DNA from: Waddliaceae bacterium
GTDB taxonomy: Bacteria > Chlamydiota > Chlamydiia > Chlamydiales > SLOH01
Direction of reading: 5' to 3'
NCBI GenBank assembly: GCA_040880105.1
Contig: JBBDJA010000014.1
Span: forward strand, 1-47,776
DNA: 47,776 bases
The notes below the pieces were generated by a model. The model made no database searches. It was not told where the DNA came from and saw only the letters and a program-made list of their open reading frames with translations. Positions 30,375-39,653 of this stretch are shown here, in pieces (positions within the stretch are counted from its first letter, which is position 1; every line of letters begins with the position of its first letter). The position numbers were made by a program, and so were the translations under genes.

Positions 30375-31715
30375 ATGCGGCCTAAAATCGCTGTTGTAGG
30401 AGCTGGGATATCAGGTCTTGTATGCGCATATCAGCTCCAAAAGAAGGGAGCTGATGTCTCGGTCTTTGAGAAAGAGGCTCTTCCTGGCGGTCGTATGTCG
30501 TGCTTAGAAAAAAATGGCCTCTGTTATGATGCAGGGGCTAACTTTTTTGTTGATAATTACAAAACCCTGAAAGGGTACTGCCGTGAACTTGGAATAGATG
30601 AGAAGTGGCAGCCCTTAAGAAATGGGCAAATCTACGGTTTTTCAGAGGGTGAGATTCACCCTCTTTCACTTTCACTCAATACACTTATCTTCTATTTAAG
30701 ACCCGTTCCGTTTGTTCAGCGTTTAAAGCTGCTCTATCTTTTACATTCACTTGCAAATACTCCTCTAGAAGGGACATTTTATAACTTAACAGAGCTTACA
30801 TCACTTGATCAGACAAATGCCTATGATTACGTTTTACAACATGTCGGAAAGCAAGCTGCGGACCATGTAATCGACTCATTTACATCTACGTATCAATTTC
30901 ACGGCGCTAAAGAGATTAGTTTAGCTGCAATGGTGGGCCTGATCCGCGAAATGGTCGAACATAATGCTGAATTTGCAGCTTATCAGACAGTTGGAGGCAT
31001 GCGCCAGATTCCAATGGCTCTAGCTGAGAAATTGAATTGCACCTTTAATTGTGAGGTTCATGAGGTGGTTTCTCAGGCAAATGGAGTTGTTGTTAAGAGT
31101 GACCAAGGAGACTTGTTGTATGATACTGTTGTTTTGGCAACGACTGCGAATGTGACCCGAAAGATTCTAAGGGATCCGACAGAGAAGCAAATAGAATTTT
31201 TATCTCAGGTTAGATATGCGCCTACCATTATGGTGAGTTTTATTGTTCCCGAAGAGCTAATGAAAGATATTTATCTTGTGATGGTACCATTTGTTGAAAG
31301 TAGAAAAATTTGTATCTATTCTAATGAAGGAGTCAAAGGAAAGCATTTTCAAAAAGAGGGCCATTCCGTTGTTAATGCAGCACTTCACAGCTCATATGCC
31401 GAGAAAATTTTTACCGATTCAGATGAAATTATTTTTGACAAAGTAAAAGAGGAGCTTAAAAGACTCTGTCCCTACTTAAAAGAGTGTGGATCGATCCAAA
31501 ATCACCTCCTGACTCGTTGGAAAACTGCCATGCCTGTTTTTTCGCATGGGTACTTGAGTCAAGTTGAGAAATTCTTAAACGATGGACAAGGGGAGAGGGG
31601 AGTTTTTCTTTGCGGAGATTATCTCAACAGTCCTTGGACAGAAGGAAGCGCTAGGTGTGGAGAGAGAGTGGCTGATGCACTTTACTCTTTGCAAATGCAA
31701 TTGCCTCGTCTTTAG
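30375..31715 (+). CDS. FAD-dependent oxidoreductase (HemY / amine oxidase family)
   Basis: VVGAGISGL...E...GGR, DAGA, GGMRQI, CGDY...EG. Confidence 0.85.
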   Translation: MRPKIAVVGAGISGLVCAYQLQKKGADVSVFEKEALPGGRMSCLEKNGLCYDAGANFFVDNYKTLKGYCRELGIDEKWQPLRNGQIYGFSEGEIHPLSLSLNTLIFYLRPVPFVQRLKLLYLLHSLANTPLEGTFYNLTELTSLDQTNAYDYVLQHVGKQAADHVIDSFTSTYQFHGAKEISLAAMVGLIREMVEHNAEFAAYQTVGGMRQIPMALAEKLNCTFNCEVHEVVSQANGVVVKSDQGDLLYDTVVLATTANVTRKILRDPTEKQIEFLSQVRYAPTIMVSFIVPEELMKDIYLVMVPFVESRKICIYSNEGVKGKHFQKEGHSVVNAALHSSYAEKIFTDSDEIIFDKVKEELKRLCPYLKECGSIQNHLLTRWKTAMPVFSHGYLSQVEKFLNDGQGERGVFLCGDYLNSPWTEGSARCGERVADALYSLQMQLPRL

Positions 31716-33315
31716 TTGGCGCTACTTTTGTCATTACCTCTTCACCTGTAATTCTTTTGTATAAATTACAACCGGTTGAAATAGTCCCATGCACACCCGC
31801 ATAGCCTGCAGACGCGTTGCACCATAATAAATTTTCAAAAGGTGTATCCGCTTTTAGTCTGCCAAGTCCCATATTGCTCGGCATCATTTTAGATCCGTAC
31901 GCATTTCCATACGGAGCTAGTACATACTCCTGGCTTGTTGTAGGGGTTCCGACAACCTTTAGGTCAATGTACTGCGAAAGCCCGGGGAAGTATTTTGTTT
32001 CAACTTCATGGATCAGGTAGTTGGAAAGCTCTCTCTTTTTAGCGCGGTATTCTTTGGGACTCTTATCTAGGAGCTCTTTAAAAATAGCATAATTGGCAGC
32101 AGTTGTGATTTCTAGCACATGACACCCCTCGGGTGCCCCACCTAGCTCGGGGGTGTGTAGGGTAGGTGTGGAGAGGAATATGAGGGGGTTGGCATAGTTG
32201 CCTTTCATCATCTCATCCCACATCTGATTTGTATCCCATTGCCCGCAGTGCCAAATATTAAAATTGCCAAATCCATGTTCTCGAAGGTCAACACCTTTAA
32301 TTCCAAGGTAAATATTAAAAGCTGCAGGGGAGTATTCATACGATAAGGGTTTGATATATTTACTTGGAAAATGCTCTTGACCAATCATCTGCACTGTCTT
32401 TTGGGGATCCATGTTGCAAATGAAATTTTCCGCTTTAAATTCTTTGCCATCATTTGTTTTTACATGAGTGATCCGTCCTTTGTTTTGCAAGATTTCGGTC
32501 ACCTCTGTTTCATAAAAGATATCACAGCCCGGTTGATCTTCTATAAACTGTGCGATTCTTTCGATAAAAAACTTATAATGCTTTTTAGGGTAGTATGCTC
32601 CTTCATTATATCCACAAAATAGGCAGACATAGGCAAAAATAGAAAGCTCATTGGGTGGAGAGCCGAAATCTCCCGAGTTAGCGCTGAGGATTGCTTGGAC
32701 AGGTTGGCTTAATTCACATTCATCAAATACGTCTTGAAGTGTTTTATTTTGATATTTGATGAGAGAGTAGAAGCGGTACCCGTCTTTTAGAAATGTCCAC
32801 CATGAAATTTTATCCGGGAAATTTGAAATCTCTCTGTTGATTTCTTCTATAATTTCAATGAATCTAGAAATGCTTTCGCGGTCTCCCGGATACGCTTCAT
32901 CAATATTCTCGATGAGCTGGTCAAACCCATAAGGAATATTGACTTTTTTGCCATCAGGAAGAGATGCGATATCGTAACTTTGCGGCTCATATGAAAGAAA
33001 TTCAATTTCATCCTCAAGACCAATTTTCTCTAAAAACTGATGGATGCGCTGTCCGGGCGCACATCCCCATACATAATGGACTTGAGCGCAAAAATGATAT
33101 CCATTCATTTCGAAGCTATGGGCAAACCCCCCCGGAACATCATGCGCCTCGAGCATACAAATACGAAATCCGGCATTTGCTAGAAGAGCGCCTGCCGAGA
33201 GGGCTGAAACACCTGTACCGATAATGACGTAGTCATATTTTCTATTTTCTTCATATCTCTTTTGTTGCTGATTCAGTCTCTCTTCGCTTAGAGCTCCCGT
33301 ACTGTATCTTTTCAT
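31651..33315 (-). CDS. Phytoene desaturase / carotenoid isomerase-like FAD oxidoreductase
   Basis: YDYVIIGTG, E.H..PGG.AHSF, GTPTT...GNAYG. Confidence 0.85.
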   Translation of the reverse strand: MKRYSTGALSEERLNQQQKRYEENRKYDYVIIGTGVSALSAGALLANAGFRICMLEAHDVPGGFAHSFEMNGYHFCAQVHYVWGCAPGQRIHQFLEKIGLEDEIEFLSYEPQSYDIASLPDGKKVNIPYGFDQLIENIDEAYPGDRESISRFIEIIEEINREISNFPDKISWWTFLKDGYRFYSLIKYQNKTLQDVFDECELSQPVQAILSANSGDFGSPPNELSIFAYVCLFCGYNEGAYYPKKHYKFFIERIAQFIEDQPGCDIFYETEVTEILQNKGRITHVKTNDGKEFKAENFICNMDPQKTVQMIGQEHFPSKYIKPLSYEYSPAAFNIYLGIKGVDLREHGFGNFNIWHCGQWDTNQMWDEMMKGNYANPLIFLSTPTLHTPELGGAPEGCHVLEITTAANYAIFKELLDKSPKEYRAKKRELSNYLIHEVETKYFPGLSQYIDLKVVGTPTTSQEYVLAPYGNAYGSKMMPSNMGLGRLKADTPFENLLWCNASAGYAGVHGTISTGCNLYKRITGEEVMTKVAPTKDEAIAFAKSKVHQPLSLHT

Positions 33316-33381
33316 TGAATATTCCAGGTTATACTCGTCAATTACACGTTGTCAGAAGATAATTATTTGTGCAAGTAGGTT

Positions 33382-34596
33382 TTAGGAGTTTAAAGAGCGG
33401 CGCTTTAGCATCATTTGCAAAATGACAGGCGTTGCGACACTTGTGATTAGGGCAATCAATATCATCGACGCATACACCTCTTGGGTGACAATCGAGGAGC
33501 CAAGCCTCAGTCCGTGATCCATCGCGATCATGGTAATTTCGGCTCGAGGAATCATACTTATAGAAAGAATCAAAGCAGTATATCGACTCATTTTCATAAA
33601 AAACGCAGGAATCAATATCCCCAAAATTTTCCCTCCTATTGCTGCGATGAGAAGAATCATTGTAATGCCAAGAACCATTGTGATAGAGGTGACAACTGCT
33701 TTAAAACCAATTCCGATAAAGAAAAATGGGATAAAGAACGCCTCCAAATCTTTAAAGGAGTCTTGCATCTCTATAGCTTCTTGATCCCGGCTAAAGGCAA
33801 TCCCGGCAAAAAAGGCCCCAAGAGCAATTGAGAATCCCAAGTAAGCGGCGATACTTGCCATCATAATCCCAAACGCGATGATCGTGACCATCGGATCCGG
33901 CATGTGTTCGCTCTTCTTTAAGTAATGGGTTAATTTCGGCACAACAAATACGGAAAACAAGATGCAGAATACCAAAAAGAGAAAGAGTTTACCGATCACA
34001 AGAAGAGAATCAAGAGTGATCGAAGAGAAACTAATGGAGTTTGTGTTCTCAAGAAACATGGGCGCCAGTTGAATTAATATCCCCATAAGGATAATGCCAA
34101 TCACATCATCTAACGCCACAAGATCAAGGAGCAGCGCTCCTGTCTTACTATTTAGAATCTTGTTGTCTTTCCAAATCGTGATCGTAATTCCAATGCTTGT
34201 AGCCGTAAGCGCAATGGCAATAAAAAGTGCGCCGACCGGGTGAATGGAGAGAATAGAGTATGAGAGATAAAATCCTAAAATTGCTGTGGTGACGATATTT
34301 GATATTGCAAGGATACTTGCTCGACTGAGCTGCGCAAGTAGAGTCTTAATATGGCTGCCGAACCCGATGCGGAATAAGAGCGTGATAATCCCGATATCTG
34401 ACATGAAGTATAAAATTTGCGGGGCTGTCTCTGGGAGGAATTCCCAAGAATCATTCAACATGCGAAGCATCCAACCTAAGAAGACATAACCAATGAGTGG
34501 AGGCAGGTTTTGCATGTGCAAAAGAGCTTTAGTCCACAGCGAAAGAGAAATGAGTATCCCGATAAGAAGAACGAGGGAAATATGATCAGTAAGCAC
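33382..34596 (-). CDS. CPA2 cation:proton antiporter
   Basis: ATSIGIT, LDDVIG, LGAFFAG, PFFF, MIPRAE. Confidence 0.9.
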   Translation of the reverse strand: MLTDHISLVLLIGILISLSLWTKALLHMQNLPPLIGYVFLGWMLRMLNDSWEFLPETAPQILYFMSDIGIITLLFRIGFGSHIKTLLAQLSRASILAISNIVTTAILGFYLSYSILSIHPVGALFIAIALTATSIGITITIWKDNKILNSKTGALLLDLVALDDVIGIILMGILIQLAPMFLENTNSISFSSITLDSLLVIGKLFLFLVFCILFSVFVVPKLTHYLKKSEHMPDPMVTIIAFGIMMASIAAYLGFSIALGAFFAGIAFSRDQEAIEMQDSFKDLEAFFIPFFFIGIGFKAVVTSITMVLGITMILLIAAIGGKILGILIPAFFMKMSRYTALILSISMIPRAEITMIAMDHGLRLGSSIVTQEVYASMILIALITSVATPVILQMMLKRRSLNS

Positions 34597-34641
34597 TTAA
34601 TTTTCTGCATTCATTTTGAATTTTTGATAGCAGAATATGAA

Positions 34642-35664
34642 TTATCTTGAAACAGGAGATTCAAGAAGGCGGAGTGTGTGTTTGGTTGCGTCAAGTTCGG
34701 CAAGTACATTTAAAGGAAGAGTGGTTTGCGCCGGGATATGTCCCGAGGGAAAGCCAAGCAGAACAGGATAGGGCGCCTTGTCAAAATAATGTTCAAAAAC
34801 TTTGACTAGAGAGTCGCTCCCGTTTTCCTTTCCAAGGCACTTTTTCCAACTGCATAAAACGACCCCTGCCAAGTGATCCAGATGCCCCGCTTGTTTCAGT
34901 TGGGACAGCATGCGGTCAATGCGATAGGGCTTCTCATCAACCTCTTCAAGCAGGAGGATTTTACCTTTTGTATCAATTTCCCATGGGGTTCCAATCAGCG
35001 AGGTGATGATGGAAAGAGTCCCGCCTGTTAGGCGTCCCTTAGCAACCCCGCGGCGAATTGTTTGAATGGGATGCCCTTTTAACGGGAAATTTGACGGGTT
35101 TTTATAGAGATATTGATCATTTTTTGTATTTGAAACAATATTCCAAAGCTCTGTTTCGTTATAAGTCAATCTGCGAGTCGTTGGGGAGACAAAGACATGA
35201 TCCATATTCGGCCCTAAGAAAGTCACAAGACCGGTTTTTTTATTGATAGCTGCATGTAGAGCGGTAATGTCACTCATACCGATTAAAACTTTGGGATGTT
35301 TTTTTATGTATGAGTAGTCGATCCGATCAAGAATCCTAGCGCAACCATATCCTCCGCGATAACACCAAATGCCTTTTGTCTCAGGATCTGTCCACGCTTC
35401 CATAAACATTTCCGCCCGCTTTTTGTCATTTCCCGCAAATAACCCGTCAGATTCTCTGACGTTTCGAGCTAAGCGCACCTTGTACCCGCGCGCAATTAAA
35501 AGGCGGACTCCAGCAGCTATTGCTTCATCATCTTCTTTTGCAGGAGAGGCCGGAGCAACGATTGCGATTGTGTCCCCCGGTTTAAGGGTAGATGGAAAGA
35601 TCGGCTCTAAAGCATTGAGCGTAAATATGGAAAAAATAAAAAAGTGAAAAATGTATCGAATCAT
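34642..35664 (-). CDS. ldcA: LD-carboxypeptidase (peptidase S66) with signal-like N-terminus
   Basis: RGGYG, IGMSDIT, LLEEVDE, SGH. Confidence 0.9.
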   Translation of the reverse strand: MIRYIFHFFIFSIFTLNALEPIFPSTLKPGDTIAIVAPASPAKEDDEAIAAGVRLLIARGYKVRLARNVRESDGLFAGNDKKRAEMFMEAWTDPETKGIWCYRGGYGCARILDRIDYSYIKKHPKVLIGMSDITALHAAINKKTGLVTFLGPNMDHVFVSPTTRRLTYNETELWNIVSNTKNDQYLYKNPSNFPLKGHPIQTIRRGVAKGRLTGGTLSIITSLIGTPWEIDTKGKILLLEEVDEKPYRIDRMLSQLKQAGHLDHLAGVVLCSWKKCLGKENGSDSLVKVFEHYFDKAPYPVLLGFPSGHIPAQTTLPLNVLAELDATKHTLRLLESPVSR

Positions 35665-35667
35665 ATG

Positions 35668-35743
35668 TTTAACAGTGTAGGGAAAGGATACGTTATACTC
35701 AATTCATAAGAGAGTGAGAAGCTTTTTTTTAGAAATCTTTATC
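35668..35743. repeat. ~75-bp direct repeat, copy A
   Basis: TTTAACAGTGTAGGGAAAGGATACGTTATACTCAATTCATAAGAGAGTGAGAAGCTTTTTTT aligns with 38813-38888. Confidence 0.8.
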
Positions 35744-35771
35744 TAAAGGAGGTCTCATTGCTTGATTCTTT

Positions 35772-35939
35772 CTAGGGACTGTTTGGCCAACCATTAATTT
35801 GCTTAAGTGTCGAAGGATTTTCTGTAATATTTTCTTTTTTTATTACTGATAAGTTCCCATCAGTTTCAAGTACAACAGCTCCTACATGGTCTGTAGACCC
35901 TATTCCTTGCTCTCGCATCGCAGCTCGTATTTCTGATTC
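35772..35939 (-). pseudogene. DUF421/YetF C-terminal remnant
   Basis: ESEIRAAMREQGIGSTDHVGAVVLETDGNLSVIKK...stop; the membrane N-terminal part is absent. Confidence 0.7.
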
Positions 35940-36074
35940 GTAAAAGCTCTTATATTTGAGATGCCACCGAACTTGGGAGATTACTTCCTTTTGATGCTCA
36001 ACTGAGATTGTATTCTATCATTTAAAACAACTTTTCTTTAGGATTTCTCCTTTAAGTTTAAGGAGAGAATTCAG

Positions 36075-37022
36075 ATGAAGAACTGTTACGAAGGAAATGG
36101 AATTTTTACATGCTTTAGTATCACAACCGATAGGATTATTTGGTTTTTCACAGCAAGCCTGCTTATATGTTCCTCGTATCTTTCTGCTTCTGAATCCAAT
36201 CCTAAAATTCTTGCTGTTGTTGCACATCCCGATGATGAAACTCAATTTGCTGCAACATTGTATAAAATATCTCACGAAATGGGTGGAACCGTTGACGTTG
36301 TAATGATTACCAATGGAGAAGGGGGTTATAAGTACTCCACCCTAGCTGAACCGATTTATCATATGAAGTTGACTGATGAAAAAGTCGGACGTCAGCGTCT
36401 ACCTTTTATTCGTAAGAATGAAGCTTTGAATGGGGGAAAAATTCTTGGAGTTAGAAACTACTTCTTTCTTGAAGAAAAAGATACTGGGTATACGCAAGAT
36501 CCAAGTGAAGTGTTGCAAGGGGCGTGGAACGTCAACCGAATTAAACAAATGTTGAACAAGTTGATACTTGAAGGACAATATGATTACATCTTTGTAATGT
36601 TGCCTACTCAAGAGACACATGGACATCACAAAGCTGCAACAATTTTGGCGTTAGAAGTTGTGAAAGAGCTAATGGAAAATAAACCTACAATCCTAGCAGC
36701 AAAAATATCAGAAAAAAATGAAAATGAATTTAAATTCAATCAGTTAGATGATTTTCCAATTACGAAAACACAAGAAAGCCCTATAGCCTTCGTAGATAAG
36801 ACAAAAAAATTTGGGTTTAATGACAGGCTCGATTACAAAATAGTAGTTAATTGGGTTATAGCGGAACACAAAAGTCAAGGCACAATGCAGCTATATATGA
36901 ACCGTGGAGACTATGAGAATTTCTATTTTTTTGAATTAAATTCCCCAGAAAAAATTGAAAAAACAATCAAATTGTTTAATCAATTAGCAGTAGTTCCCTC
37001 TAAACATTTAACTCGAGCATAG
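36075..37022 (+). CDS. PIG-L family N-acetyl deacetylase, probably exported
   Basis: VAHPDDE, ITNGEGG, R..E, THGHH, HKSQ. Confidence 0.9.
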   Translation: MKNCYEGNGIFTCFSITTDRIIWFFTASLLICSSYLSASESNPKILAVVAHPDDETQFAATLYKISHEMGGTVDVVMITNGEGGYKYSTLAEPIYHMKLTDEKVGRQRLPFIRKNEALNGGKILGVRNYFFLEEKDTGYTQDPSEVLQGAWNVNRIKQMLNKLILEGQYDYIFVMLPTQETHGHHKAATILALEVVKELMENKPTILAAKISEKNENEFKFNQLDDFPITKTQESPIAFVDKTKKFGFNDRLDYKIVVNWVIAEHKSQGTMQLYMNRGDYENFYFFELNSPEKIEKTIKLFNQLAVVPSKHLTRA

Positions 37023-37070
37023 TTAAATTTGTTGTTTTTTTCTCAGCCCATTACTGGCCGTTTTTGCTCG

Positions 37071-37249
37071 TTAGTGTGCAAGAAAAGCACCTCCTTCAAG
37101 AATAAAATGAGGGGCAAATTTGGATTCACTGAGACGGACAAGAAATCTCTCAAGAGCGTAGTTTTGCCATAATTGGGTTGATCAATCCGTTTTTCTAGAG
37201 CAATATTGCGAATGTGAGATTTAAAAGAATGTTCAATTGAGCTGTTCAT
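37071..37249 (-). pseudogene. AbiEii (type IV TA nucleotidyltransferase toxin) N-terminal remnant
   Basis: MNSSIEHSFKSHIRNIALEKRID / frameshift / QLWQNYALERFLVRLSESKFAPHFILEGGAFLAH*. Confidence 0.75.
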
Positions 37250-37420
37250 GTTGTCAAAGATAAAATATAGGGTGTTAGGTTCACTCGTAGTTTTTTTTGC
37301 ATACTCTTGGAGTTTTGTTAAGTTTGGCTTATGTTCTTTGGCCTGTAGGTAGGCCTGTAAAGATTTTATGGCAATCTCGGGGCTTAAATAACGGAAAGCA
37401 TCAATAACACATCTTTCTCT
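37246..37420 (-). pseudogene. AbiEi (type IV TA antitoxin) C-terminal remnant
   Basis: RERCVIDAFRYLSPEIAIKSLQAYL...LTKLQEYAKK / +1 in A8 tract / LRVNLTPYILSLTT*; ATGA overlap with the toxin. Confidence 0.75.
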
Positions 37421-37486
37421 TTTAAAAGTTATAAGCTGATATTCTCCACTTTTTTAGGAGGACAGAGCGTTGGTGGGAGAAGTAAT

Positions 37487-37948
37487 ATGAAGATAGTTCA
37501 AAAAGATTTTGAAATCGAAAATGTCCTTACAAAGCCATTAATGGCTCATTTGGCAAGCTCTCATGAGGGAGTTCCTCGCGGGTCTCCTCTTTGGTTTCTG
37601 TATGAAGATCAAAAGATTTGGCTATTTGGGATAGACACAGATAGTTTTATCAAGAGGTTGCAATTAGAACCAAGATGTGCGCTAACCATAGTAGATTTTG
37701 ACTTGGATAGAGGAGTGCTTCGCCATGTTGGAGTGAGGGGGAAATCTACAGTGACACCGGTAAACAGTGTACGTCTTAAAAGGTTTGTAAGAAAATACCT
37801 GGGTAATGATGTGGAAAAGTGGAACCAATGGTTTGTTACTAACATTGTAGACACTTTAAATCAGATGGTTCAAGTCGATCTAGAGACAGTAGTCGCAAAA
37901 GATGTTTCGTTTTTTAAAACAGGTCCCCATTTGGTAGAAAATGATTGA
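37487..37948 (+). CDS. Pyridoxamine 5'-phosphate oxidase-like FMN-binding split-barrel protein
   Basis: AHLAS...PRGSPLWF...PRCALTI...VGVRG. Confidence 0.8.
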   Translation: MKIVQKDFEIENVLTKPLMAHLASSHEGVPRGSPLWFLYEDQKIWLFGIDTDSFIKRLQLEPRCALTIVDFDLDRGVLRHVGVRGKSTVTPVNSVRLKRFVRKYLGNDVEKWNQWFVTNIVDTLNQMVQVDLETVVAKDVSFFKTGPHLVEND

Positions 37949-38789
37949 AAATAAAATTATATCAAATATTTGTGAATGGGTAGAGTCAAAAGAGGATGTA
38001 AGAGCCGCGATTCTTATTGGTTCAAGAGCAAGCAATGAACTTTCAGATGAACTTGCAGATTACGACATTTCTCTTTTTACTAGAGGCAATCACGAGGAGA
38101 TTGCGAATGATACTTGGCTGTCATACATTGCAAATCACTGGGTGTGCGTTCATGAAACAATTCAGTGGAAAGATGAAGTCATTCCTACACGGTTGGTCAT
38201 TTTCGACAATGGGATTAAGGTTGATTTTGCCTTTTACAGAACGGTAACACTTTTAGAATTATCACAAATGAAATCTCTTCCTGACGAGTATAATTGTGGT
38301 TATAAAGTCCTTATAGACAAAGACAAAGTTACAGACCAAATGGCAACTCCTTCGATGGAGGCATTTCAGTTATCACAACCTTCACAGGATGAGTTTGAAG
38401 CAGTGATTAAAGAGTTTTGGTTTGAAGCTTACCATGTTGCTAAATATTTAAAACGTGGAGACTTGTGGGTAGCAAAACTCAGAGACAGGGGAATGAAAGA
38501 TCCTTTTCTATTAACCATGATTCGCTGGAACGAGTCTGCAAAACATGGGTGGAACTATGCAACCCATGCTCAAGGAAAAAAAATGGAATCGTGGGTAAGT
38601 AAAGCGACATGGAGAGAGCTGCATCATTGTTTTTCCTCTTTTGAAGCGGAGGACTCTTGGGAGGCTCTTGATAAAATGATTGGTCTTTTTAGAGATCTTG
38701 CTAAAGAGACAGGAGATCTTCTCAATTACCCCTACAAAAATGAATTAGATAAGCAGATATCTGAATGTATTGAAAAATTTGAAAAGTAG
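37941..38789 (+). CDS. Aminoglycoside 6-adenylyltransferase (AadE/AadK, ANT(6)) family protein
   Basis: GSRA...DELADYDI, RLVIFDNGIKVDF, VLIDKD, EFWF...VAKYLKRG. Confidence 0.8.
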   Translation: MIENKIISNICEWVESKEDVRAAILIGSRASNELSDELADYDISLFTRGNHEEIANDTWLSYIANHWVCVHETIQWKDEVIPTRLVIFDNGIKVDFAFYRTVTLLELSQMKSLPDEYNCGYKVLIDKDKVTDQMATPSMEAFQLSQPSQDEFEAVIKEFWFEAYHVAKYLKRGDLWVAKLRDRGMKDPFLLTMIRWNESAKHGWNYATHAQGKKMESWVSKATWRELHHCFSSFEAEDSWEALDKMIGLFRDLAKETGDLLNYPYKNELDKQISECIEKFEK

Positions 38790-38812
38790 TTAGATAAAAA
38801 AACAAACTAATT

Positions 38813-38888
38813 TTTAACAGTGCAGGAAAGTGATAAGTTATACTCATTTTATAAGTGAGTGAGGAGTTTTTTTCGAAAAATACCTATC
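38813..38888. repeat. ~75-bp direct repeat, copy B
   Basis: TTTAACAGTGCAGGAAAGTGATAAGTTATACTCATTTTATAAGTGAGTGAGGAGTTTTTTT. Confidence 0.8.
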
Positions 38889-39014
38889 AAAAGAAAAAAC
38901 TGCGTCCAAAGCATGATTTTGTATTTAGAATTCTAATGAATAGATCTGTCTAAAGATGTAAGACCAACTGATTCGCTTTTGTTGAGGTAGAAAACAGCCA
39001 AGAGGGTTAGACAC

Positions 39015-39168
39015 TTGCGGCACTCACGCGCCTTGCCCTTCGGGTGGACGCTCCGTTATCGTCTATCAGGCCTCCTTACCAAAAAAAAAGCAGACCCAAA
39101 GGGTCTGTTATTTTCGGAAGAGGAGGAATTCGATCCTCCAGACGGTTTTTTTGCCTTCTGTTTTCAAG
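39015..39168 (-). repeat. att-like duplication: degenerate 3' half of tRNA-Ser (39115-39168), its terminator and downstream tail
   Basis: Direct repeat of 42554-42705; similarity stops at the anticodon loop (TTTTCAAG). Confidence 0.9.
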
Positions 39169-39356
39169 CCCGATTTCTATCAGTAATTCCCAGAAATCGA
39201 CTTATTTAAACAGCAATCATATCAGAGAGAACCGTCATCTTTCAATGCTGTGAATTCAAGAGAGTTTTAGCTGCTTTCAGGGAGTTACTGTGAAAATTTT
39301 GGGAAAAAGATATATTTTTAAATCATGATGTCATATATCTGCTGAGGAGAACTCTA

Positions 39357-39653
39357 ACGAAAGTTGAAGGGTTAAAAATTATCATCAATACCTTTTTAAG
39401 TTTTTTACGCCTAAATATAATTTTTATTTTACTTAGTGGATGCTCCTCATATAGCGTAACCAAAAGTCTTGATTGCTGCTCACACCCTTCAAACGCCTAT
39501 ATTCCTGTTGGTCCTATTCGTTTACCTAAAACATTAGACATTGAAGAAGAAAATGTTCTTAAAGGCGTTGAAAAAGAACCAGAAATGTATCACATGCAAC
39601 ATGCAAGATATTTGACAAATAAAAAAGAACAAATCGGTGATGGAAATGTATAA
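39357..39653 (+). CDS. Small lipoprotein upstream of TolC with non-canonical (ACG) start, or start-mutated pseudogene
   Basis: GAGGAG-7 nt-ACG; open frame with lipobox LSGC, CCSHPSN, MYHMQH; no ATG/GTG/TTG before the lipobox. Confidence 0.55.
   Translation, partial: TKVEGLKIIINTFLSFLRLNIIFILLSGCSSYSVTKSLDCCSHPSNAYIPVGPIRLPKTLDIEEENVLKGVEKEPEMYHMQHARYLTNKKEQIGDGNV

Noticed and set aside
35668..38888. Direct repeats as integron attC sites
   Set aside because: No proper inverted R/L box symmetry, no repeat after each gene and no integron integrase
39015..39253. ORFs 39015..39209, 39044..39253, 42533..42868 and 42549..42761
   Set aside because: Shadow ORFs over the tRNA-Ser gene and its att duplicate
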